Origin: the human T2T-CHM13v2.0 reference genome, Homo sapiens
DNA length: 64,000 nucleotides
Assembly: GCF_009914755.1 (NCBI RefSeq)
Contig: NC_060947.1
Strand: one strand, 5' to 3'
Both the position numbers and the translations under genes were made by a program. A model generated the notes under the pieces. The model was not told the origin of the DNA and ran no database searches. It was given only the letters and a program-made list of their open reading frames with translations. The stretch's first letter is position 1, and every line of letters begins with the position of its first letter. This document shows positions 46,940 to 60,153 of this stretch, piece after piece.

Positions 46940-49900
46940 CTGTCAAGAGTGGGGATGGGGAGAGAAAGAGCTCAGAAATCAGCCAGAGCCCTGAAGAAGA
47001 ACTTCACAACCAGCCAGGAACCACCTCTAAAAGTGTGACTGGGCACAGGATAACTTGCACTAGGCTTTTGTATTCAGTATGTTGAGTAGTTTGACTGGCT
47101 CTGAGTTTTGTTTGATCTCCCCACCCCTTACTTTTAATTTTAAGATGTGAATCAAAACAACTTTTCAGAAAATCTAATTCCAAAGCAGATATCTTTGTAC
47201 ATGTGAAATTCACCCCTCTTTAGCCGGGAGCCTGGTTTTGATCCAAATTTGTTTTCCCATAGCCTGTGCAATAGCAACCCTTCCCACCCACCTTGTTGCC
47301 TCCCCACCCAGTCAGTACCACATACTGTACCTCCAATCTCTATGACTCATGTCAATTAGCAATTAGCAATGAAAGTAACATTTCCTAAAGGGAAACTGTA
47401 AAGCTAAAAGCCATTTAAACAAATGAGCAATTAAAGAAACCACACAAAATTATAACTGCCAAAGAATTCAATCTTTTTGGATGGCTTCACAAGGAATAAA
47501 TGCATGCAGACATGTTTCTCTAGGAAAGCATTAAACCAAACTTGACATTAAGACGGTTTCACTAGCAAGACGATCATGTTTGTTAAAGAGGGAAAGGAAG
47601 CCGTCCTCCCAGAGGCCAGAATCCCCCAAACCTACAGCCCTTCTTCTCTCCTTTAAACACCAGTGTTTTCCCAAAGCTGAATCCCTTTCCAAAGAAGAAC
47701 ACTGGGGACATGACACTCTTCCTTTGATCTTCTGTGGCATGTGTTTGGAAGTCATAAAATAGTTATTAGCAAGACAACATGGACACTTACCTCCCCAGAT
47801 TCTTTTTTCCCAAGGCTCTGCCCACAATCATGTTCCTAAAAGGAAGAGCCTATTTGTGTCTAGTTAATTTCTGGGTGTATTCTTCCTTTGATGGTCAGTA
47901 TATCAATTATGCCATCAAAGGGCAGGATTCAAAGAATATTTTATGGAATACTAAACTCTGTCATTAACCTGTCTCTGAAAGCCTCTAGATGTGTAGAATA
48001 GCTCCTGAACATTTACTACATAACTCCTGATCATAACCATGCCCTTGAAATGAAAGTACGCCATCAAATGTTGTTCTCTATTAGCCAATTGTGCATTATC
48101 TTCCTACAGGTAAGGTGGCCTCCTAGTCCATAAGAATGATACACCAAATACTTGCTCACATAAAATCTCATAAAATGTGGAAGTCATTCAAATAAGGAAG
48201 TCTCAGTGCAGGAAGAAACTGTTAAATGAAAACAGACAAAATATAGAAAGGTCATTATAAACTGCTAACACGTTTCAGAATCAAATCCTTAAAACAATGG
48301 TTTTGTTTGTTGTTGTTGTCATTTTCCATAAAATGGTATTTTTAAGCCAAAAGGGTGGGGGAGGAGGAAGGTCCCCAGTGTACATTTTAATTAACTGAAA
48401 ACCAGCATTTGTGAGCAAAAACACAGGACCGAATGGGGAACAGCCCACAACAAGGGGGTCGGCTGCAATTCACAGGAAGGATTAGAGTGTGTAAACATCA
48501 AGAACCCTCCCCCATTAGCTATCCATCTATCCATTTGTGTGTTTATCTGTTCATTGTTTTTGCAAATATCCCTGCTGGAGATATAATTTTGGAGTCTAAA
48601 TATTGTGTCATTTCCCCCTTAACATGTTCTCATTTTGCCGTATGGATTCTTTCTATGTGATAAATGACTTGTATATTCCTTTCTGGCTTGGAAAGAGCCA
48701 TTCAAGGGTGAAATAAAGAAACCATTAGTGGAAAGAAACCATCACCACTCCCCTCCCTCAGCACGCTCCCCTCATCACCACCAGAAGGCAGCAGGGCAAA
48801 CAGATTAGGGCAAGTCTATTTTAGTTTTTCAAAGAGAAGAATTTCAAGGGTTCTTCTATCATTCACCATTAGCTAGAACCATAATATTTTCAGCCACTGC
48901 CATCCTCATTTCACTGAGCTTCTGGTTTTTGGGATTTACTGTCTTCTGGGCTCATCTTAATATGTTTATACTAATCACCGTGAGAAATACTCTACGTTAC
49001 ACAGAGAGAGGTTGCACAGTCATTCAACCACACAAGCATGGCCCGGGAAGGAAACACACAGCAGATTTTTCTTCCAGAACTTCTGGCAGGCTGGTTCTAT
49101 CACTTTTAAGTGTATAAATTAAATATCTAACTATCTGTGTTGGTAAAATAATTCAAAATCTAGTTCCTTCCCTTTAGAGGGAAAGAAAGGTGACTTTTCA
49201 TTTTCATGTTCATTTAGTGATATATCTTTTAGTGACTCGTGCCCATCATGCACATTATCCCATAAAATGTCCCCATGTCAGGCCCAGAATGCCAGGTTAC
49301 ACTCTTGGGTGGTGCAACCCAGAGTGTGGACTGTGGACGGGGGCTGGTTCATGAAGGGCTCATTACAGGTAGGCAGTGGTGAGAGAACTACAGAAAGTGT
49401 GGTGTCTGGGGCGATGCTTTAGTGTTTTAACAGTGTGCACTGGTGTAACTTCCAGACATGTGGCTGGTGGTGGAGTCATCTAAATGACCAGGGCACAGAG
49501 CAATCTAGGTGCTGTCAAAACTCCCACGGTGAGGCACAGGCGGCACCCTGCATGTGTAGTGAGGTCATGTGCAGTAGGGCCATGCATCTTCCCATGGTGG
49601 AGTGGCAAGGAAAAAAAACTTGACCCCAGTTTGTGAAGCATGGCTCTGGTGTTCATGTTTCAACGTTCTCTCTCATCATATCCATACACGTAGGTATGTA
49701 TGCATATGTGTATATGCACACAAAGGTGGATGCTTTTCCTTCAAGGTGAAAAAAAAGAACAAAGCCTCCTCAGTTTTGTTTCTGAGAGTCCTTTAACTGT
49801 CCAATTTTGTGGAATGTACCCAGTCTTCCAGCATTGATCAGTTGAGATCCATGAGATATTTTTATCTATTTTTAATTTAACACTCACATGGATGGAGCTC

Positions 49901-50527
49901 ACTGTGTGGCAAGAACTGTTCTAAGGGCATCTCATTCATCTCCTTCCCCTCAACTTTTGGCAGCCTTATTTCACAACACAAAAGGCTACACATTGGTCCT
50001 GCCAAAAAAAGTCTGCCATGTGGTGATTGGCTGAGTGAGCAAAGCAAAATGCCATTTCTGGCATGGACTTTCATGCCAAATTCTTACTTCTTTGAACCAC
50101 ACAATGACAAAATGGTTTATTGGTTTCCAGTGACCCACTCAGAGAAAGCAATAACCATGAGAGGTTGACATCTCTGCAGGAAGCCATCTTACACCACCCC
50201 AGAAGCCCAGAGAAACTGGTACAAATACATATGCCACGACAAATGCTACTGCTCCTTTGTTTGCACGTATGGCTCATGCACGCATATCACATACATGATA
50301 GAGGCAGAAAGCAAACAAAAGCGCCAGGGGCTGGTGCTGGGAATGCTTCTTAGCACACACCAAGGAGATGGCACTTACTTAGACAAATAAGTCCATGTCC
50401 TTGGATCAGAAATTCACACAGACACTTGGCATAAGCATGAGCAGCTCAGGAAAGGGCAGCTGCATCAAAAAACACAAGTACCCAGATCTTATCTTTACAA
50501 TTGCCTTCTGCTGTTAAGGTCACTCAC

Positions 50528-50602
50528 TGTAATAGCGTCTGTGGCCCTCCGTCTTTCCCGGTGCAGCTCGGTACAGAATTGTCCCTTCAAAGGTAGTCTT
50601 TC
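50528..50602 (-). CDS. SH3KBP1: SH3KBP1 alternative cassette exon, 75 nt, (G/R)[24 protein letters not shown](S)
   Basis: About 90 nt pyrimidine-rich tract ending cactgtcag|GA AAG ACT...TAT TAC A|gtgagt. Phase 1-1, no stop, absent from the ORF track; matches the recalled rodent long-isoform insert. Confidence 0.88.
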
Positions 50603-52694
50603 CTGACAGTGAATGAGAGAAGAGAAGGGGAGAGAAAAACAAGAGAGGGGGGAGGAGGGAGCAAATGATGGCAAAAGAAGGAAGAGGAAGAGTCTTTAAC
50701 TGAACTTGCCTTCAATGAATCTGCTGCAAGAGCTTCATCCACAAAATTAAGTAGAGACCATTAGGCAGGATTTAAGAATGTTACAGAATGAGCCCAAAGT
50801 CCCCATGCAACCAGTATGGCATAAGCACCCAGAAATTGGGGCTTGCCTCTGCAAATGACTGGCATGTACATTATGCCCAGTTTAAACCTGGAAGCCCTTT
50901 CAACATTGTAACTTAAAGAATAGGAAAACTTCAATTAACCAGAGGGAATCCAATCAATTGGACTCCTTAATTAACTCAATTGTACAGCACAAGCTTCTCT
51001 TTGGAGAATACGACCTATGCATAATACAGATTTAGACACATTATCCTTTATCTTCTACCCCTAGAGACCTACATGATAAAAACGAATATTCATGTCCCCA
51101 AGATTCTAAACAAGACACAGAATTCTCTTTAAAAGATCTGTCACCCTCAGTACCTTTAAGCAAGAAAATGTATTAATATACTGGTGAGGGGGGTTTCACC
51201 ACTGAGGTTTGAAACCAACAGTGGCATCCACATAAACATACGGGGTTTTCTGCTTAGAACCAAGGACACCAGAAAACCCTATTTCTCAAAACATCTTAAT
51301 TGGGATTCTGCTGTGTCAGTCATGAAACTGTACTTAAGCATGAGGACACAGGACTCACCCAGTGTCAAATGTCAAATTATCTTTTTTTGCTGTTACAGGT
51401 AGAGATTGTCAATAGCATAAGGCTGAACACTTGGCTAAAGCCCAAATATCTCTGGAACCATGAGCAACTATACAGAATACACACATACTGCCCTGGTTTG
51501 AGTGTACTCCAACCCATCCTCCCACCCTCCCACACCCACCCACACACACACCCACATACACGCACACACACAAATGCCCTACAGAGAGTACCACCGACAG
51601 GCAAAATGATTTGCTAAAGGCAAACTCAATTAATAAACATATTACTTTAAATTATCTGAGAAATAAATTTTATTATGGCTTGTTAATTAAATATTCAAAC
51701 TGGAGGCCAGTCATACAGCTTCCTAATAAGTCTGGAGGATGAAAAAGCTAGGCTACATTTACAGAGAAGCAGGGAGTAGAACTAAGTGAAGGGAGAGAGC
51801 AACTTGTCTCACTTCTTAGAAACACTCCATGTTAAAATGGGAAACCCAAGAGAAACCACACTGTCAGCTTCTGGGCCTTGGCACTCCCCATATAGGAAAG
51901 GAATTGTGAATCATCAGAAGACCAACAACTTAAATGGGATCAGGTATTTCCAATTTCCGTGTCCTACAGCCATGGTGGTATACCCTCCTTTTGAAATGTG
52001 CCCTTTTTGACCGATGCATTCTATCCAATTAAAGCAAAAACTTAGGCATTCAAATCACTGGCTGTGTAAGAATAATCTGAAGACTAACAAAGTTTCAAAT
52101 GTTCTTGCTAGATTTGAAGCTCTTGAGGACTTTGATGACAAAAGTGCAGCAAGTAATAGTGGCTAGTTTTTATTCGGGCAATTCTGCTTAACTTCAGTCA
52201 TTAAGTCACCATTACTCCTCAGAACACAGCTGTTTTGTGAGCTAGGCCCTCCAAAAGTTAACAACAGCAGTCCTCTCAAGTGTCAGAAAAAAAGGAAGTG
52301 TAAGATTTTTTTTAAAGGCAGTATTTCGATAATGTTCCTTTAAGTACACTAAAACTTCCATGTGTTCTTCCCTAACACCAAGCCTGAGAGTCACTGAGGT
52401 AGACCATGGCTCTGATGTCTCTGAATGGTTAAGCCTTCCTGCAAAGTCTCTCTGTGCATTGGCAGCAAGGCAATTTGAGATGTAGTCTGGGCTGGGGCTG
52501 GGTGAGGACACATAGGTGTCCTGTGTGAAGAGCAAAAGAGGCAGCCAACTGGAAAGGTTATGAATATGAGTGACGTTGATCTTACTGGGGGAAATAGTAT
52601 ACTGTCACTGTTAAATATTAGTACTTGAAGGCAGCAAACACTATAAAAGGGAAGAGTTTTAAAATTTACACACAAAACTATACACTTATGCTAG

Positions 52695-53268
<574 letters not shown>

Positions 53269-54094
53269 TCCATCTTCATCTTTGTCTTAGCCTGACAAGT
53301 CACTAAATTATCAGAACCTCAACTTTTTAAATAAGGAATTAGGAAAATGAGAAATTCAATAACAACAGAAAACTCATGGTTATTAATGGTTACAGAAAGA
53401 AAATGCAAACTTTCTCCCTCTGAAGATTGTGAGAAATAACTGAAAATGTTTCTGTAGCTATAGAATTAAAAAACAGGGACACTTTTAGTTTTACAACTAT
53501 TATTTGAAAGCAAATAATATCAAAGGATGTGAAAGAAAAGACATATTTATGTCTTAAATGTAAGGCAAAATATGTATGAAATTGAAATTGGACAACAGTC
53601 GTATCTGGATTTCTTTGCCACTGCACATTATTTAGTCAACAGTAGCATGTGCAAAACTGTAACTGAAAAGGCAATTAACTAATCATGATCCGTGACAATA
53701 AGAAGAAATAAGCTAAACTGTACTCAGGCTTGAAATTTGTCAGATGACCTGTGGAAAGGTAAACTATTTGTGTAATGGAGGCAGCACCAGAATGTGTATG
53801 GAAGGCTTGCATGTCATTTTCTCCCCATCACTCAGAAGCCTGGGAGTTAATTTCACTGGGCTTCAGTGTTCTCATCTGACACTGAGTTAAACAATATCTA
53901 AATTCCTTTCCACCTTAACATCATAAGATTCTGCCTACACTATTAGCACAACCACTTGGCTGTTTTGATTTTTAAAAACCTAATTTACTAAACACTTTTT
54001 TGGACTATTGATCTGTTACATGGGAGCCCATTTTATTATTATTTTTAAATTTCTGGTTGAAACCTCTTTGCAAGTCCTAATGAGTAACTAGGTT

Positions 54095-54233
54095 TGGGAG
54101 ACAATTATCAATGGCTGCTAACATTCAAAAAGTAGGACGGCCAGACATTATGAGCCTCCAAGTGGATTATCCATCACCACCTAGGTGGCAGGTTTACTCT
54201 CGCACGCACGCACGCATGCGCACTCAATCTCTG

Positions 54234-54282
<49 letters not shown>

Positions 54283-54955
54283 CTTTTGAGATTATATATA
54301 TATATATATATTTTCAGGTTTTATATATATATTCAGGTTTATATATATATATATATATTTTCAGGCTTTATATTTATATCTAATCTAATCAAGACCCCAG
54401 ATCTAATGATCAATTTATAGGAATACAGATTTAATGACACAGCAGAGATGAAATCGGCAAAAGCCACGCTGTGAGAAATTAATAGACAAAGGGGCTCAGT
54501 TGCTTTAGCAAAAAAATTACAAGAAAAAAAGGAGATATGAAGGAGAAATCTATAGATTCAAACAGATTTGAGACATACTGACTAACTGCAACGTATGTAC
54601 TTTATTTGGATACAGACTCAAATGAATTGCAATAAAGAAGACTTTAGGGGAAAGTGAACAGTGACCATGTGTTTAATTATTCTAAGGACTTGCCATAATT
54701 TTATGTGTGTGAGATAAATGGTATTTAAAGACACTCTTTTACTGATGCATGTTAAAATATTTATGAATGAAATTATATAATATCTGGGGTTTGCCTTCAA
54801 GATAATATGGACAAAGCGTGCAGAGGGCTATAATTTTAACAAATTGGCCAAAGGTTGATAATTGCTGAAGCTGAGTGATAGGTACACAGAGGTTCATTAT
54901 ACTATTATTATTTTTGTTGATGTTAGAAATTTTCAATAATAAAAAAGTTTATAAG
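54095..54955 (+). mobile_element. Old L1M 3' region containing compound (GCAC)n(CT)n(TA)n microsatellites at 54201-54380
   Basis: ttgataattgctgaagctgagtgataggtacacagaggttcattatact...gaaattttcaataataaaaaag. Confidence 0.75.
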
Positions 54956-55463
54956 AATCTTTTTTGAAAAACTACCTTTAAGGTTTCATAAGTTCTGAAA
55001 ATGGTAAAGATGTTTTCAAATTTAAATATGCAGTGAAAAGTTTCTGCTACTACATAACTATAAATTTTCCTCTCTGAGATAAAATGGATAAAATATCCAC
55101 CAATACAATCGTTGCAATTCTTTCCTTGATAGACTAGATTACCCTAAACAAAGATCTAAGAAAGTTTAGAGACTTTCATAACCAACCACGATATGGAAAA
55201 ATACATCAGAATAAGAGAAAAGCAAGTTCAAAAGATTTTCACCTGTCATTCAAAAATAAAAATGCCTCCTTATAGTAAAAGGGGATTCAACAAGCATTTA
55301 TTAAACACCTACCATGTGTCAAGCAGTCTTGGCATACTCCCTTATAAATATAATGCCAATGTTTCTTCTATCATATTCATCCATTGGTACACAAAATTCA
55401 ACTCAGTAACTACTTCAAATACTTTCTGGAAGCAGAAATGTGAAGAATGCAAATACCAAATAA

Positions 55464-55533
55464 ACATATATATACACATATATATACACACACATATATA
55501 TACACACACATATACATATACACATATATACAT

Positions 55534-55598
<65 letters not shown>
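55464..55598. repeat. Alternating purine-pyrimidine tract (TA/CA)n(TG)n(TA)n
   Basis: About 135 nt seen directly. Confidence 0.95.
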
Positions 55599-55964
<366 letters not shown>

Positions 55965-57903
55965 TAGCAAGCTATTCATTATTCTCACATCTGCTCTTCT
56001 ATGAAGCCCCACATCCCCATGGGACTGGCCTCTTTGTGCCCCACTCTTCTTCAGATGCTTACTTTGCAGAGCACCTGGACACTTTGCTGAACTCGGGTTT
56101 GCATGTCCCCTTTCTGCAGTGTGAGCTTACTGAAAGCAGGGACCCTGTCTGATTTGTCTCTGTATATCGTCAGTGCCTTGGACAGTGTTTTAGTAACAAT
56201 GGGGTGCCAATAAAGACAGAATGAATGAAGAATAGAAGGAAGAAAGAAGGAAGGAGAGAAAGAAGGATGGATAGATAGATGGATATGAACCAACCGATGG
56301 AGAGATGGGCCCTCTTTTCCTTAACTGTACATGCAGGAAGATTACAAAAGCCATGTATCCTTTATCAGAAGCAGCCATCCTTGTTAGGGGACCATGCCTC
56401 TCCAGGGGATTCAAAATCCCCTCAAAAATGGCAACTAAACATGGCTGCTGAAACCACTGGGCTCTCCTGGTCTTGAAATGGAAGGCTTTTAATTCAGTAA
56501 GTGTGTTGGGGGGAACAGTCTCCAGAAGAGAAAATGCCCCTTCTGAGCAGGTGATGACATAATGCTAAATGGGAAGACCATTCCGCCCAACCTCCTAATC
56601 CTCTGTACCAGGAATTGCAGCACCATATGCCTTTAGCTGAGGGGTCAGACAGGGTGAACTGTCCATATTACTGACTTGGAATGAGAGAAGTCAATTTGTT
56701 TCAATAGTTCTAAAGATACAAGAGGCATTACTCCTCTGATCTTCCAGCTCTGAGAGCATAGCTAAAATGGCAGGACACCAATATGTCAAGACTTTTCCAA
56801 AGAGGTTGTCTAATACTTCCCCAGATCTCCTCCTCTGCATCAGTAGAGGAACTCCAAAGTAATTTCCAAATGCAGTCACAATGCCTCAGCCAACATGCTA
56901 TCGCTCAGTATGCAAGCAACCTCCAAGCAACTGATACTAACTGGTTATGTCTCAACAGTTATCTTGACTAACAGTGAGAGCTACCATTTATTATGGGTCT
57001 GCTATGGAGCAAGGTGGTTTATGCACATTATTGCTACTGGAACTTGTAATGAATTTATTCATGGAAATAATGTTATAATGACCCAATTTGGTCCTCTCTC
57101 CAAAAAATCCCATTTAATCCACAATGTCCCTGACATAGAGTATTGTTATTATGGGATCTAATTACCAGGTACAATAGTTATTCCAGAGTACAGGAGAAGA
57201 CACCAGGGCAGCTAGAATTCTAACACGGATTTTGAAAGCAATAGTAATTTCCACTAATGGGAGATCAAGGACACCTTCTCCCCTCCCAGTAGTACTCATC
57301 AGCTGGGCCATGTTAATAGAGAATCCCCCTGCCCTGAGCCAGAGAAGGCAACAGGAGCTCCAAGACACCTCGTTTCCCCCCCCAACCCCTTCCAGTGCTT
57401 CCTACCATAGACTCTAGGATGGAATGGGGTTCAGGGGTAGTAGGGTCCCAGGCTTTGGCACTGGAGGGAAGGAGCACTGCTGAAGCCACTGGATAACCAG
57501 CAAGTGCTGCTGTTTCTCGGTATGTCAGGCTACATCATCCAGAGCTGCTGAGACACCAAGTGAAGGAAGTCGCTTGAGCACTTCTCTGCAAATGGCGTTA
57601 CCTCCAAATCAGACACTTGTCTAATCATACTACTGGTTAAATAAATGAGACACAAACTAACACGAGAACACCACTCAAGTCAGGTTTTTCCAAATGAAAA
57701 AGGAAGACATTTAAGAATGATTTGGGCAGGACTAAGCTGCCCTCCTCTTGTCAGAAAGGAAATTCTGCAACCCCAGGTAGTGCTGCACAGTCGAGCCTCC
57801 TACAACATTCATGCCCATGACCTTGGCTCAAGACAGCACAAGAGATACACAGACGCCCACAGTTGGGTTAGTGACTGGGAGAACGAAGTTTCCCGGTCCT
57901 GAC

Positions 57904-57960
57904 CTTTTGCTCCGTGAGCTGGAAAGGGCAGCAGAGAAGCTGGAGGGAGACCTTCAGGCC
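57904..57960 (-). CDS. SH3KBP1: SH3KBP1 alternative cassette exon, 57 nt, (R)PEGLPPASLLPFPAHGAK(G)
   Basis: tctttctttctccag|GG CCT GAA...GCA AAA G|gtcagg. Symmetric phase 1-1, no stop; resembles the insert I recall in the long rodent Sh3kbp1/Ruk isoform. Confidence 0.85.
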
Positions 57961-58520
57961 CTGGAGAAAGAAAGACCTGAAGTTCGTTGTCACCATCGTA
58001 GAAGGACACACATGCTCACCACCCAAGGTGGGACCTGGACTCTCAGTTGTCTTGACCTACTTTTAAGGGGATTGGCATGCACTCATCTTGTCATAGCACT
58101 TCACTTCTCACCACCAGTAATTTTTTTTTCTTTGGTAATTTTTCTCCAAGTCCCTCAAGGGATGCTGAGAAATACTGACAATCCCATTTGGTTCATTTTT
58201 TAAATAATTATGAACTTACAGTAAGCAACACTCTAGAAGTATATGGAGGCACAGCAACATGGGCCACCCATGAGACAGTATTACCAGGGCATGAAGGCTG
58301 GCAGTTACCTATCCAGAGACATACAGAATGTGTGGCTACGGGTCACACCTTTATAGGGATCAACTTCCTAAACCACAGTGGGTTAAGGCAGTATAACCAA
58401 AAAAATACTCGTAAGCGTTTACTATAGCCTCTCGGCATAGGATACAGAACAGAAGGGAGGCTGGAGCACAGCCTGCCGGTCCCCCGCCCCTCTCCTGCTT
58501 GGTAGGGTAGACTTCCTTAC

Positions 58521-58650
58521 TTGACTTGGATAGCTGCTCATCCTGGGAAATGCCAAGCTCATCCGACTCCCCTGACAGCTCCTTGATGAAGTTGGAAGGA
58601 AACATTCCAGTCTTCCCGTTGAGAACACCTTCCCACCATCCTTCCTCTAC
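58521..58650 (-). CDS. SH3KBP1: SH3KBP1/CIN85 constitutive exon (exon 5 by recalled numbering), 130 nt, C-terminal half of SH3-B
   Basis: Minus strand tttgtatctctgcag|GTA GAG GAA GGA TGG TGG...AAG TCA A|gtaagg. Translates [43 protein letters not shown] with the SH3 GWW and PSNF motifs. Phase 0 to 1. Confidence 0.98.
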
Positions 58651-58829
58651 CTGCAGAGATACAAACAAAAGAGCAGAGATACATGGGTCAGGTTAGACAT
58701 GGTGGTTTCCAATTTTGCCTCCCATATGTATAGTGTAGCATGCAGAGCCCACACAGGGAGACTGAATGGCTTTAAAGTTAACAGGGAACAAGAAAAAAAG
58801 ACCACATAGAGCCTTGAGATTCAGGCTAA

Positions 58830-59300
58830 AGAAGGGGGTGTTTACCTGGGATCCACAAATGCAAACAGACAAAATTAATACTTCATTTTCATTAGCCTCT
58901 AACTGAAATTTGGCATCTGCTTTGGTTATGAACGTAGGGTAGGTAACACACCAATATTAGAAGGACCTGTGACTCATCACCAAACAAACCACAGATATTT
59001 TCATATCACATCATAGATGCTATGGGTATCTCAAAATATCGTATGTGCTCATTGCTGCTTTGAAATGGTGATAGTTATTACACCTACTGGGAGACCTTTG
59101 CTATTTAGTCTATTAATAAGGATACCCATAGATTACTATATCAAAATTTGGTCTTAAAATAATTTGATAACTAGTTCAATATAAATCATTCCCTTTATAA
59201 TCTTATGCGTTTTATTTTATGCATTTAAAAGCATTATCTAAAAACTGAGAATGGTTTCCCCAGACTACCAAACTAACTAAACAGCCTAAAAAAATATAGT
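58830..59300. mobile_element. hAT-Charlie element, MER113-like
   Basis: acctgtgactcatcaccaaacaaaccacagatattttcatatcaca; family assigned by eye. Confidence 0.55.
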
Positions 59301-59738
59301 TAAGAATTTATCTGTAGGCTAAGAACTCAATCAGAAAGTGTAAGAGCTTCCTGTACATTTCTGAAGGGTTCTAAGTTACCCTAAGATGAACCGAAAGGGG
59401 GTAGGTAGGTAGGAAGGGCAGCGAGACTATGATATCTGGATAAGGAGGGAAGGCTGAGTCGGGGGAGCAGTGAGAATGGATGAGGCAGATTTGGATTCGA
59501 GGCCCTTTGAGGTCTGAGCTGGCCTTGAGTGATCAACTAGCAGGGATGGGTGACAGAAGCGTAAAAAAATTGGCCCTGGATTTTGTAATAGAGCCACTAG
59601 TAGTACAGCAGAAGTCAGAATAGCAAACTGGCTTCTTGGAGGAAAATAAGGGCAGTTTGAAAACAAGCAAGTATTAAGTTACAAGCTGTATGGTGTGGTA
59701 TAATACAACCTTTGGAATTGTTTTACCATGTGCACGTA

Positions 59739-60153
59739 CAGACAGTCTCCAATTTACAATAGGTCGACTTAGGATTTTTGACTTTATGATGATGCAAAAG
59801 TGATATGCATTCAGTAGGAACCATACGTCAAATTTTGAATTTTGATCTTTTTCTGGACTAGCAATAGGTAGTATGATACTTCTATAATGCTGGGCAGCAG
59901 AAGTAAACCTCAGCTCCCAGTCAGCCATGTGATCATGAGGGTAAACAACCGACACTCTTCAGTATACTGTTTTGCCAAATGACTTTGCCCAACTATAGGC
60001 TAATGGAAGTGTTGTCAACACATTTAAGGTAGGCTAGGCTGAGCTATGCTGTTTGGTAGGTTAGGTGTATTAAATACATTTTCAACTTATGATATTTTCA
60101 ACTTATGATGGGTTTATTGGGACATAATCCCATTTTAAGTTGAGGAAAGTCTG
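59739..60153. mobile_element. MER47-like Tigger element
   Basis: TA TSD and imperfect TIRs: ta|cagacagtctccaatttac...taagttgaggaaagtctg|ta. Confidence 0.8.

Noticed and set aside
46786-47085. Plus-strand ORFs opposite exon 6, and likewise 57811-58203 opposite the 57-nt exon
   Set aside because: Antisense shadows of real coding sequence, with no independent support.
48095-48116. Recursive-splice-like motif ttcctacag|gtaagg
   Set aside because: It is on the plus strand, antisense to SH3KBP1, and no plus-strand gene is evident.
51359-51389. 31-nt pseudo-exon ctgtaacag|...CTGG|gtgagt on the minus strand
   Set aside because: Weak pyrimidine tract and frameshifting length; not distinguishable from background.
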